Source of the DNA: Planctomycetota bacterium
GTDB taxonomy: Bacteria; Planctomycetota; UBA1135; UBA2386
Assembly (NCBI GenBank): GCA_046306335.1
Contig: JBKDXM010000136.1
Location: 31,440 to 95,439, forward strand
Direction of reading: 5' to 3'
DNA: 64,000 nt
Shown: positions 1 through 8,905 of the stretch, one piece after another
Layout: every line of letters begins with the position of its first letter
How positions within the stretch are numbered: position 1 is the stretch's first letter
Made by a program: the position numbers and the translations under genes
Notes under the pieces: generated by a model
Databases searched by the model: none
Told to the model about the DNA's origin: nothing
Seen by the model: the letters and a program-made list of their open reading frames with translations, nothing else

Positions 1-926
1 GCCAACGCGGCTTCGTCCTCGCACCGCCAACTGCGGCCGCCGGTCGCCCCCGCGAGCTGCTGCACCGCCGTGGTGTCGAGCGCCTGGAAGCGGCCGTCGG
101 GGTTCTGGTTGCCGCGGCCGACGACGACGGCGTGCACGCGGATGCCGGCGGCGGCGCACGCCTGCGCCGCGTGCAGCGGCGCGATCTCGTTCGGCAGCAG
201 CTTGTTGCTGACGTTCTCCTCGCCGTCGGTGACGACGACGACGACCTTGCCCGCCCCTTCGGCGGCCGCCAGCGACGCCGCCGCCTTGCCGACGGCGGCG
301 CCGATCGCCGTCGCGTCCTCGGGACCTTCCTTGGGCACGAGTTGCAGGCGGCGCAGCGCCGCGAGCAGCGCCTCGTGGTCGCGCGTCGGCGGACAGACGA
401 GGTCGGCGTAGCGCGCGAACGCCACGACGCCGATGCGGTCGCCGGCGCGCGCGCGCACGAAGCGCTCGACGAGGGCGAGGCCGACGGCGTGGCGCGTGCG
501 CTGCGGGTCGAGGTCGTTCGCCGCCATCGACGAACTGACGTCGAGACAAAGCAGCAGGTCGCGGCCCGGCGGCGCGGGCGGTGCTGGCACGTGTTCGACC
601 GGGCGCGCCAACGCGGCGACCAACGCCAACGCGGCAACCGCGTCGAGCACGGGCGGCAGCGTCGACCAGCGCGCGCGCCACGTCGTCGGCAACGGCGGCA
701 GATCCAGCGCCGGGTCGACCGGATCGGCGAGCAGGTGCAGCCCGGCGAACGGCAACCGCGGCCGACGCCGCCACTGCCAGACCGCCGCCGCGACGACGGC
801 GAGGGCGAGCAGCAAGGCCCACGGGGCGAGCAGCGTCACCCCCGCCGTCGCCGTGTCCGGTGCGACGCCACCGCGGCCGGCGACGACGACGGCTGCGAGC
901 GCGTCCACCGCGGCGAAGCAGTTCAT
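1..926 (-). CDS. vWA-domain membrane protein, BatA-like. The 3' end runs off the left edge of the window.
   Basis: Minus-strand frame with N-terminal hydrophobic helices (LLAPWALLLALAVVAAAVW). These are followed by a MIDAS DxSxS motif (DLLLCLDVSSSM) and VVVVTDGEEN. It follows DUF58 and DUF4381-like genes, as in Bat-type operons. The start is uncertain: ATG 926 is chosen, with in-frame GTG 839 and upstream GTGs as alternatives. Confidence 0.8.
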   Translation of the reverse strand, partial: MNCFAAVDALAAVVVAGRGGVAPDTATAGVTLLAPWALLLALAVVAAAVWQWRRRPRLPFAGLHLLADPVDPALDLPPLPTTWRARWSTLPPVLDAVAALALVAALARPVEHVPAPPAPPGRDLLLCLDVSSSMAANDLDPQRTRHAVGLALVERFVRARAGDRIGVVAFARYADLVCPPTRDHEALLAALRRLQLVPKEGPEDATAIGAAVGKAAASLAAAEGAGKVVVVVTDGEENVSNKLLPNEIAPLHAAQACAAAGIRVHAVVVGRGNQNPDGRFQALDTTAVQQLAGATGGRSWRCEDEAAL

Positions 927-1017
927 CGGACCACCCCGGCGGACAGCGCGCCGACGCCGCCCCGGCACGCACCCCCGGGTCGACCGCAGCGGCTGCCGCA
1001 CGCGCACGCGGCGCGCA

Positions 1018-1527
1018 TCACGGCGCCAACTCCGCGCGGCCGTCGCCGCTGGCGAATGCGAACGCGTGCGCACGCAGGTGGGCGGCCGCGTCGGCGCGCA
1101 GCGACGCTGCGGCGACCAGGACGGCGTCGCAAGCCGACAAGCACGGCGCCAGACCGGGGGCCTGCGGCAGCGCCCGCTGCAGTTCTTCGCTGGTCGCCGC
1201 GAACGCCGCGAAGCCGAAGCGTTCGCGCACGTGCAAGCGCACCAGGCGCTTGACCTCGGCGGCGAAGGCCGCGGCCGAAGCGGCGTCGCCGGGCATGGCG
1301 AGCGCAGCGAGCAGCGCGGCGGCAGTTGGCGGCGGCGGCGGCGGCGCCGGCAGCGCGACCCCGACCGGCGCGACCGCGGCGCGGCGGCACCACCACCACG
1401 CCAGCGCGCCGACCAAGGCGACCGCGAGCGCAGCGAGGCCGAGCCAACCCGCGCCGGTGGGCAGGTCGCGCACGTCGCCGGGCCACTCCAGCGCCACCGG
1501 CCCGCTGCCCTGCGGCGTTTGCGTCAT
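1018..1527 (-). CDS. Small single-pass membrane protein, DUF4381-like (the Bat-operon middle gene).
   Basis: 169-aa ORF with one TM helix (WLGLAALAVALVGALAWWW), a poly-Pro linker and an Ala-rich C-terminal domain. Its ATG overlaps the DUF58 stop (ATGA at 1524-1527). Its position between DUF58 and BatA is typical of this family. Confidence 0.6.
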   Translation of the reverse strand: MTQTPQGSGPVALEWPGDVRDLPTGAGWLGLAALAVALVGALAWWWCRRAAVAPVGVALPAPPPPPPTAAALLAALAMPGDAASAAAFAAEVKRLVRLHVRERFGFAAFAATSEELQRALPQAPGLAPCLSACDAVLVAAASLRADAAAHLRAHAFAFASGDGRAELAP

Positions 1528-2477
1528 CGCGCCACCCCCCGCAGCGAGCGGCGGCGGAAGAAGCGCGCCAGCGGCTGGCCGATGGCGTCGATGCCTGCGT
1601 CGGCGGGGCCGAGCACTTCGAAGCTGTCGGCGCCGGCGCGCGCGAACTCGGCTTGGCGCGCGGCGCGCCACGCGCCGACGCGCGCCGACCACGCCGCGCG
1701 CACCGCGGCGGCAGTGAAGTCGAGCACGGCGCTGCGGCCGCCGCGCGGATCGACGACGTCGAGCAGCGCGTGCGGCGGCGCGTGCAGCTCGCGCGCGACG
1801 AGCCGCACGCAGACCACGTCGTGCCGCTGCGCCACGCTCGGCAGGCTGGCGATGGGCCGCGCACCGGCGAAGTCCGACAGCACAAACACCACGGCGCGGC
1901 GGCGCAGGCGGCCGCCGACCGCCGCGAGCATCGCCGACAGGTCCGCGGCGTGCGGCCGCAGCGGCGCTTCGACGACGTCGCGCAGGGCGCGCAGCACGTG
2001 CCGCGGACCCTTCTTCGGCGGCACGAGGCGGTCGATGCCGCTGACGCCGGCCAGCAGGCCGACGCGGTCGTGGTTGGCGATCGCGATGCGGCACAGGCAG
2101 GCGGCGACGCGCGCCGCCATCTGCCGCAGCGACCAGGCGCCGAGTCCTGCCGCCATGCCGACGCCCTGGTCGACGACGAACACCAGCGTGCGCTCGCGCT
2201 CCTCGACGAAGCGCTTGACGAACGGGCGACCCAGGCGGGCGGTGACGTTCCAGTCGACGGCGCGCGGGTCGTCGCCTTCGACGTATTCGCGGACGTCGTG
2301 GAACTCGACGCCGCCGCCGCGGAACGACGAGCGGAAGCCGCCGGAGAGCACGTCGGTGACCAGCCGCCCCGGCGCCAGTTCGAGCCGGCGCACCGCCGCC
2401 AGCACGTCCGCCAGCGACTCCTCCGGCACCGCGGCGGCAGCGGGCGTTGCGGCGGTCCATGGCGGGCGGAACGGCAT
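1524..2477 (-). CDS. DUF58 domain protein (vWA-like partner of MoxR-type systems).
   Basis: 317 aa starting at ATG 2477. It carries the characteristic DUF58 core GGVEFHDVREYVEGDDPRAVDWNVTARLGRPFVKRFVEERE, followed by a vWA-like region (VVFVLSDF). Confidence 0.85.
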   Translation of the reverse strand: MPFRPPWTAATPAAAAVPEESLADVLAAVRRLELAPGRLVTDVLSGGFRSSFRGGGVEFHDVREYVEGDDPRAVDWNVTARLGRPFVKRFVEERERTLVFVVDQGVGMAAGLGAWSLRQMAARVAACLCRIAIANHDRVGLLAGVSGIDRLVPPKKGPRHVLRALRDVVEAPLRPHAADLSAMLAAVGGRLRRRAVVFVLSDFAGARPIASLPSVAQRHDVVCVRLVARELHAPPHALLDVVDPRGGRSAVLDFTAAAVRAAWSARVGAWRAARQAEFARAGADSFEVLGPADAGIDAIGQPLARFFRRRSLRGVAR

Positions 2478-2639
2478 CGGCGTCGGGGCGCAGAGGCTAG
2501 CCCGGAGCCGCGGCCAATGCTCCTGGCGCGCTGCCGCGCGGACCGGAGCCGACGGACTCCAGCCCGCCCCCGCCGTCGGCCGATGCCGACCCCGTCGACC
2601 GGCTGCGACGCCGTCGCCGAACCCCGACCCGCCGCCCCC

Positions 2640-4037
2640 ATGACCCGCATCCTCGTCGCCGACCCCGACCCGCGCGCCCAGCGCGAACTGCAGGCGCTGC
2701 TGCAGACGCGCGGCTTCGAAGCCGACGCCGCCAAGGACCTGCCGTCGGCGCTCGGACCGCTGTCCGAGGACGACGTCGACCTCGTGCTGTGCGAACTCAG
2801 CCTGCCCGGCGGCGGCGGCATGAAGCTGCTGCAGGAGATCCAGCAGAAGCGGCCCGAGGTCGCCGTCGTGCTGATGTCGGCGTTCGGTTCGGTGCAGGAC
2901 GCCGTGCAGGCGATGCGCCAGGGCGCGGCCGACTTCCTCGGCAAGCCGTACAGCCCCGACCAGATCCTCGTCGCCATCGACCGGGCGCTGGAGAAGGCGG
3001 CGCTGCAGCGCGAGAACCAGCAGCTGAAGTCGGCGCTCGACGACCGTCTGCGCCTGGACAACGTCGTCGGCAGCGACCCGCGCATGCAGGCGATCTTCAA
3101 GACCGTCCGCGCCGTCGCCGACACCCGCACGACGGTGCTGATCACCGGCGAGTCCGGCACCGGCAAGACGCTGCTGGCGCGCGCGCTGCACCAACTCAGC
3201 AGCCGCCGCGCCGGCCCGTTCGTCGAGGTCAACTGCGGCGCGCTGCCGGAGTCGCTGCTGGAGTCGGAGCTGTTCGGCCACGTGAAGGGCGCCTTCACCG
3301 GCGCGGTGAAGGACAAGGTCGGCAAGTTCGAGGCCGCCGCCGGCGGCACGATCTTCCTCGACGAGATCGGCACCAGTTCGCCGGCCTTCCAGGTCAAGCT
3401 GCTGCGCGTGCTGCAGGACCGCGTGCTCGAACGCGTCGGCGACACGCGCACGATCCCGGTCGACGTGCGCATCGTGCTGGCAACCAACAAGGACCTGGAG
3501 CAGGCGGTCGCGCGCGGCGAGTTCCGCGAGGACCTCTACTACCGCATCCACGTCGTCGCGCTGGAGATGCCGCCGCTGCGCGCACGCGCCAGCGACATCG
3601 CGCCGTTGGCGGAGCACTTCCTGCGCCGCTACGCCGAGTTGCACGGCCGCACCGGACTGCGCTTCACGGCGGCGGCGCTCAGCGCGCTGACCGAGGCGCC
3701 GTGGCCGGGCAACGTGCGGCAACTGGAGAACGTCGTCGAGCGCGCCGTCGTGCTCGGCCAGGGCGATCGCATCGACCTCGCCGACCTGCCGCCGCTGGCG
3801 CGTCCGCCGGCCGCTGGCGCGACGGTGACGGCGACGGCGACCGCGTCGACGCCCGCCCGCGCGGAGGCGGCGTCCGGCGCGGTCCTGCCGTGGAAGGACG
3901 CCATCGCCGTCGCCGAGCGCGACATCCTCGTCCAGGCACTGGCGAACTGCGGCGGCAACCGCGAGCGCGCGGCGAAGAAGCTCGGCATCGACCGCAGCAC
4001 GCTGTTCCACAAACTGCGCAAGCACGGCGTCCGCTGA
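2640..4037 (+). CDS. Sigma-54-dependent Fis-family response regulator (NtrC-type enhancer-binding protein). The receiver domain has Glu at the phospho-acceptor position.
   Basis: 465 aa. The REC domain is followed by an AAA+ domain with Walker A GESGTGKT, the sigma-54 contact motif GAFTGA and Walker B IFLDEIG. The C-terminus has a Fis-type HTH (NRERAAKKLGIDRSTLFHKLRKHG). Confidence 0.92.
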   Translation: MTRILVADPDPRAQRELQALLQTRGFEADAAKDLPSALGPLSEDDVDLVLCELSLPGGGGMKLLQEIQQKRPEVAVVLMSAFGSVQDAVQAMRQGAADFLGKPYSPDQILVAIDRALEKAALQRENQQLKSALDDRLRLDNVVGSDPRMQAIFKTVRAVADTRTTVLITGESGTGKTLLARALHQLSSRRAGPFVEVNCGALPESLLESELFGHVKGAFTGAVKDKVGKFEAAAGGTIFLDEIGTSSPAFQVKLLRVLQDRVLERVGDTRTIPVDVRIVLATNKDLEQAVARGEFREDLYYRIHVVALEMPPLRARASDIAPLAEHFLRRYAELHGRTGLRFTAAALSALTEAPWPGNVRQLENVVERAVVLGQGDRIDLADLPPLARPPAAGATVTATATASTPARAEAASGAVLPWKDAIAVAERDILVQALANCGGNRERAAKKLGIDRSTLFHKLRKHGVR

Positions 4038-4041
4038 TGCG

Positions 4042-4070
4042 TTCGCACCCGCCGATCCGCGAGCTATAAG
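4042..4070 (+). promoter_or_regulatory. Candidate sigma-70-type promoter of the TPR gene: TTCGCA-N17-TATAAG, with the -10 box 12 nt from the ATG.
   Basis: -35-like TTCGCA at 4042-4047, a 17-nt spacer and -10 TATAAG at 4065-4070. The ATG is at 4083. There is no Shine-Dalgarno sequence in between. Confidence 0.4.
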
Positions 4071-4082
4071 GACCGCATCCCG

Positions 4083-7000
4083 ATGCTGCAGAAGAGCCTG
4101 CAAGTTCTGATCGCGGCGGCGCTGGCGGCGCTGGCGCTGACGCTCGCCTACGCGGCGCTGGCACTGCAGGGCCCGGACGAAGCGATCGCCGAGGCCCAGG
4201 CGAAGGCGGCCAAGGGCGAGCTCCCGCGCGCCATCGCGGTGCTCGGCTTCGTCGAACACGACGTGCGCGGCGACGCCGAACGCACGGCGACCGTGCTGCG
4301 ATTGCGCAGCGAGTGGCTGACCCGGCTCGGCCGCTACGAGGAAGCGCTCAACGACGTCCGGCGGCTGGTGTCAGCAGGACCGCACGACCTCGAAGCGCGA
4401 CTGACCGAGATCCGCTTGCTGGCCCTCGCCGGCGATGGCGAAGCGGCGCTGCGCGCCGCCGAGGCGTTCCTCGGCGAGAACCCGGGGCACGGCCGCGGAC
4501 TCGAACTGGCGGGCGAATCCGGCCAGACGCGCTACCAGCCGCAACTGCGCGCGTTGCTGCTCCGGCTGGATCGCGAACTGCCGCTGCGCAACCGCGAGGC
4601 GGCACGCCAGGCAGTCAACTCCTATCTGTACCGGCCCGATCTCGACCCCGCGATCGAAGCCGCTAGCCGGCGGTTGGCGGCCATGCACACCGACGATCCA
4701 CGCCTGCAGACGGCGTGGCCGGCGCTGGCGGCGCAGTTGGCGGCGCTGCGCGCGCAGGTGCAAGCGACGCTCGACCGGTTCCGCGCCAGCCTCGAAGCGC
4801 CCGGCGAACCCGTCGCGGCCTTCCGCGCCGTCGCCTTGGCGCTGGACCAGTCGCAGCGCCGCGACGACCTGCTGGCGCAGTGCGAGATCCAGCGCCGCCG
4901 GTTCGACCACCAATACGTCGACGAAGCGGGCGCTGCGGCGGCGTGGTCGCTGCTGCGCGCGGGCCGCAACACGGCCGCGATCGCCGCCGCGGACCGTTGG
5001 CTGACGCCGGCCGTGGTCGACAAGCGCATCGCCGACCGGACCGTCGGTGCTGGCATGCTCGATCTGCTGACAGCGCGCTCGCTGGCGGCCTTCCGCAGCG
5101 GTGATCGGGACGCGCTCGAACGCAGCGGCAAGCAGGCGCTGCCGCTGTGGCAGACGCTGAAGCCGACGCCGGCGGCGCTGCCGTTCTGCTTCGCCTTCCT
5201 GCACGAGACGTGGGACGAGAACCGCAAGGCCAAGGACTCGTTCCGCTACGCCTTCGATCTGCTGCGCGACAAGCCGACGACCGTCGACCGACTCGATCTG
5301 CTGCCCGTGGTCGCCGAAGGCTGGCTGCGCGCCGTCGAGCGCGACGGCGCGGCCGAGGCCGACCTGCAGGCGGCGCTGTCGGCTTGGGCGCGCCAGCGGC
5401 CGCAATCGACCGCGCCGCTGCTGGCGAACATCGCGCTGCAGCGACGCCTCGGCCGCCCGCTCGCGGCCGCCGCCGTGCTGCAGGACGTGCTCGCCATCGA
5501 CCCGGACGACGACGACACCTTCGCCGCCTACGTCGAAGCGCGCCGCGCCGAGGCCGCGGCCGCCGGCCGCGACGGCCCGGCACTGCTGCGGCAGATGCTG
5601 GAGCGCCGCGCCGACCTGCCGCAGGTCGCCGATCCCACCGGCTACCTGCTCTGCGCCGAGGCGGCGCTCGCCGTCGGTGAACGCGCGCACGCCGACCGCT
5701 GTGCCCGCGCCGCCACGGCGGCGTTCCCGCGGGCCCGGGCCCCGCGCCTGCTGCTGATCCGCTGCTTGCTGGCCGCCGGCGAAGCCGCCGAAGCCGCGAC
5801 GGCCGCCGCGCGGCTGCTCGACGAACTGCCGCCGGAGCCCGCCACGGTGGCGCTGGCGCTGACCGCCGTCGCGGCGGCCGGACGCTCGCCGCGCGAACTG
5901 CTGCCGCGGACGATGACGACCGCCGGCTCGCCGCTGCTGCAGACCGAACTGCTCGCGCAGGCGCTCGCCGACGCACCCGCGCTGGCCCACCGCTTCGTCG
6001 ATGCCGCGGCCGAAGCGGCCGACGCGCCAGCCGATCTGCGGTTGCTAGCCGCCACCGCGCTGGCGCACGCAGACGAGCCGCTGCGGGCCTTCGGCCTGCT
6101 CGCCCAAGGCCTCGCGGCGGCGGCCACACCCGACGCTGCCCGACCGGGACTGCGCAGCCAGGCGGTCGCCGCGTGGGCGCGCGCCGCCGCCGCCGCCGGC
6201 GCAGGCGACCGCGACCTCGCTGCCACCGCCGCACCGGTGCTGGCCGCAGCCGCGAACGACCCGGCGGCGCGCATCCGGCCGCTCGCCGACGCCGCCGCGG
6301 CGATCATGGCGGCGCACCCGCGCACGGCCGCGCGGCTGCTCGAGGACGTCCTCGCTCGCGCCCCCGGCGCGATCCGCGCCGGCGTCGACTACGTGCACGC
6401 CGGCACGGCCGCCGCCCGGTCGGGCGACTGGCGGCTGGCCGAGGCACGCTGGACGGCGGCGCTGGCCTTCGCCGACGGTCGCGCCGCCGCCGAATCGCTG
6501 GCGCGCCTCGCGCTGCTGAGCGGCCGCGTCGAACGCTGTCAGCAGGTGCTCGCCGCCGGCGAGGGCGTGACCGCGATCGGCTTGGCGCTGCGCCTTGGCG
6601 ACGACAAGCGGGCTCTGGCGCTCGCCGACGCCGCCCTGCAGGCCGACGGCGGCGACCTGCTCGCCCACTGTGCCCGCGCGCTGCGCGGCCTGCCGTCGCT
6701 CGCGGACTGGCAGATCGCCTCCGGCGACCTCGGCGCACTGTGCAGCGAGGTGCTGGCCGCGCTGCACGACGACGCGCTCGCCGGGCTGGCGGCGCCGAAG
6801 CTGACGCTGATGCTGCAGTTGGCGCCGCGTTCGACGAGCAATCGGCTGCTGCACGCCCGCGCGCTCGCCGCGACGGGCCGCTTCGCCGACGCGGCAGCAG
6901 CGCACGCCGAACTCGTCGCCGACGGCTGCGTCCACCTCGCGCTGCTGCGCGAGGTCGCTCGCGCCGGTGCGGACCCGGCGTACGTGCCCGCACCGGCGGT

Positions 7001-8081
7001 GCAACAGGCGCTGTTCGACGCGCTGCTCGCCGGGCAGCTGATCGCGTCGCCGCCGACGCTCACCTACGCGATCGGGCGTTTCCAGTCGGCCTTCCGCAGC
7101 GGCGGCTTCCCCGGCGTGGCCGACCAGGTGGTCGCGACGGCGTGGCAGGCGGTGGCACCGACCCGCCCCCTCGCCGACGCGGACATCGCCGCGATCGTCG
7201 CGCACCTGCCGCCGACCGAGGCGCTGCGCGTGCTGCTGCTCGCGCTGGCGCGGCCGACGCCGGCCAAGGCGCGCGCGCTCGACGCCATCGGCGCGCTCTG
7301 CGAGCGGCTGGTCGCGGCCGATCCGGGCGGCAAGGCGGTCGCGCTGGCGACCGCCCGTTCCCTGGTGGCTGCCGCCGCGGGCGACGCGCCGGCGGGCGAA
7401 GCCGTGCCGGGGCGCCTGCTGCACCTCGTCCTAACGCACGACGCAGCACTCGACGCCCCGACGCGCCGGGCGTGGCTGTTGCGCCACCGCGACGCGGTCG
7501 CGCGCGGCGGTGACGACGACGCGCGGCTGCCGGCGACGGTGGCAGCACTCGCCGCCGCCACCGACACCGCCAGCGCGCGCGCGGCGATCGCCGAGGCGAT
7601 CGCCATGCATCCGACGTCGCTGGCGCTGTGGCAGGCGCGGACCGCGCTGGCCATCGCCGCCGGCGAAGCGGCGACCGCGATCCCGGAGTTCGGCGCCGCG
7701 CTCGCGCACTGCCACGCGCCCGCCTTGCAGCTCGAACACCTCGTGCTGGCGGCCGAGGCGGATCTCGTCGTCACCGACGCCGACCGCAAGTTCGCGGCGC
7801 TGCCGGCTTCGCTGCGGGAAGGGCTGCTCGGCCGCTATGCCACGGGCCTGATGGCGCTGCGGGCCGGCGCCGCCGACGACGCCGTGCGGCTGCTCGCCGA
7901 CGCGCCGCCGCGCACCGACGGCATGCACCTGTTCGCGCAGGCCCTGGCGGCCCTGCAGTCGCGCGCTGCCGACGGCGGCGCCACTGCGCGCACGCTGCTG
8001 CTGGCGCTGCAGCGCGACTACCCGAGCAGTTCCGCCGCGCGCAACGCCGGCAGGTTCGCCAGCCAGCTCGCGCCGCGCTGA
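4083..8081 (+). CDS. Very large (1332 aa) Ala/Leu-rich TPR-like repeat protein with an N-terminal signal anchor. Function unknown, possibly PrsT-like.
   Basis: Uninterrupted 4-kb ORF with an N-terminal hydrophobic segment (VLIAAALAALALTLAYAALAL). It has repeated TPR-like helical pairs, for example RLGRYEEALNDVRRLV and GDGEAALRAAEAFLGENPGH. The antisense ORFs are Arg-rich junk. A sigma-70-like promoter lies directly upstream. Confidence 0.7.
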   Translation: MLQKSLQVLIAAALAALALTLAYAALALQGPDEAIAEAQAKAAKGELPRAIAVLGFVEHDVRGDAERTATVLRLRSEWLTRLGRYEEALNDVRRLVSAGPHDLEARLTEIRLLALAGDGEAALRAAEAFLGENPGHGRGLELAGESGQTRYQPQLRALLLRLDRELPLRNREAARQAVNSYLYRPDLDPAIEAASRRLAAMHTDDPRLQTAWPALAAQLAALRAQVQATLDRFRASLEAPGEPVAAFRAVALALDQSQRRDDLLAQCEIQRRRFDHQYVDEAGAAAAWSLLRAGRNTAAIAAADRWLTPAVVDKRIADRTVGAGMLDLLTARSLAAFRSGDRDALERSGKQALPLWQTLKPTPAALPFCFAFLHETWDENRKAKDSFRYAFDLLRDKPTTVDRLDLLPVVAEGWLRAVERDGAAEADLQAALSAWARQRPQSTAPLLANIALQRRLGRPLAAAAVLQDVLAIDPDDDDTFAAYVEARRAEAAAAGRDGPALLRQMLERRADLPQVADPTGYLLCAEAALAVGERAHADRCARAATAAFPRARAPRLLLIRCLLAAGEAAEAATAAARLLDELPPEPATVALALTAVAAAGRSPRELLPRTMTTAGSPLLQTELLAQALADAPALAHRFVDAAAEAADAPADLRLLAATALAHADEPLRAFGLLAQGLAAAATPDAARPGLRSQAVAAWARAAAAAGAGDRDLAATAAPVLAAAANDPAARIRPLADAAAAIMAAHPRTAARLLEDVLARAPGAIRAGVDYVHAGTAAARSGDWRLAEARWTAALAFADGRAAAESLARLALLSGRVERCQQVLAAGEGVTAIGLALRLGDDKRALALADAALQADGGDLLAHCARALRGLPSLADWQIASGDLGALCSEVLAALHDDALAGLAAPKLTLMLQLAPRSTSNRLLHARALAATGRFADAAAAHAELVADGCVHLALLREVARAGADPAYVPAPAVQQALFDALLAGQLIASPPTLTYAIGRFQSAFRSGGFPGVADQVVATAWQAVAPTRPLADADIAAIVAHLPPTEALRVLLLALARPTPAKARALDAIGALCERLVAADPGGKAVALATARSLVAAAAGDAPAGEAVPGRLLHLVLTHDAALDAPTRRAWLLRHRDAVARGGDDDARLPATVAALAAATDTASARAAIAEAIAMHPTSLALWQARTALAIAAGEAATAIPEFGAALAHCHAPALQLEHLVLAAEADLVVTDADRKFAALPASLREGLLGRYATGLMALRAGAADDAVRLLADAPPRTDGMHLFAQALAALQSRAADGGATARTLLLALQRDYPSSSAARNAGRFASQLAPR

Positions 8082-8905
8082 GCGAGCGCCTCGCCGACGC
8101 CGACCCAGCGGCCCTCGCGCAACAGCGCGTCGAGCTTGCCGTGGGTCTTGCCGAGGTTGACGTAGTGCCGGAAGCCGCGCAGCAGACCGAGGCGCTGCCG
8201 CGGCTGGGCGGGGTCGACTTCCCACGGGTGCAGGTAGAGGCAGCCGGGCGCACCGGCGCGAGCGGCCTGCCGCAGGCCGGCGCGCAACAACGCCAGCGGG
8301 AACAGCCGCAGGTAGCCGCCACCGCCGACCGGCAGGCGGCGGCCGAGCGCTTCCAGCACGAGCGGCGGCAGCTCGACCAGCGCGCCGGACGCGCCGTGCA
8401 GGCGATAAGGTCGCGTCGGCGCGCCCGGCACGCCGTAGTCGGGGTGCCGGACCGGTTGGATCGAGCTGTCGATCGTGTAGCCGGCGGCGAGCAGTTCGTC
8501 GATCGCCCACGGCGTGCGGCGCGTGATCGACCATGTGCAGGCGCGGAACGTCCGCGGCCGCTCGCCGACGATCGCGTGCAGCACGTCGGCGGTGCGGGCG
8601 AGGTCGGCGCGGAACCCCTCGCGGCCGAGGTCGTGCAGGCACTGGTGGTCGTAGCCGTGGCTGCCGATCTCGTGGCCGGCGGCCTTCACCTCGCGCACCA
8701 GCTCGGGCAGGCGTTCGGCGATCCAGCCGAGGAAGTAGAACGTCGCGCGCGCCGAGCGTTTGGCGAACAGGTCGAGCAGCCGGCGCGTCGCGTCGCCGCA
8801 TCGCAGTTCGCGCTGCTGCCACGACGCGCGATCGACGACGTGCGCCATGTTGAGGACCTGGAACCAGTCCTCGACGTCGACGGACAGGGCGTGCGCGATG
8901 GTCAT
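8018..8905 (-). CDS. Polysaccharide deacetylase (NodB fold), of the type associated with exosortase/PEP-CTERM EPS loci.
   Basis: 295 aa. The N-terminus ALSVDVEDWFQV, the ATFYFLGW segment and HEIGSHGYDH are typical of NodB-type deacetylases. Its ATG overlaps the exosortase stop (ATGA at 8902-8905). Confidence 0.9.
   Translation of the reverse strand: MTIAHALSVDVEDWFQVLNMAHVVDRASWQQRELRCGDATRRLLDLFAKRSARATFYFLGWIAERLPELVREVKAAGHEIGSHGYDHQCLHDLGREGFRADLARTADVLHAIVGERPRTFRACTWSITRRTPWAIDELLAAGYTIDSSIQPVRHPDYGVPGAPTRPYRLHGASGALVELPPLVLEALGRRLPVGGGGYLRLFPLALLRAGLRQAARAGAPGCLYLHPWEVDPAQPRQRLGLLRGFRHYVNLGKTHGKLDALLREGRWVGVGEALAQRGASWLANLPALRAAELLG

Noticed and set aside
923-1018. 31-codon mini-ORF (MRAACACGSRCGRPGGACRGGVGALSAGVVR). 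It is coupled at both ends: TGATG with the DUF4381 stop and ATGA with the BatA start.
   Set aside because: The coupling at both ends is tempting. However, the composition is Gly/Arg/Cys/Ala, typical of random high-GC frames. A 31-codon open frame is expected by chance here, and the BatA frame is itself open upstream with alternative GTG starts. There is no support without conservation or Ribo-seq data.
433-2643. 736-aa and other long plus-strand ORFs (132-1253, 581-1717, the N-terminal part of 1326-4037) over the Bat genes.
   Set aside because: They are antisense or out of frame relative to DUF58, DUF4381 and BatA, which carry clear motifs. The translations are low complexity and Arg/Ala/Ser/Thr-rich.
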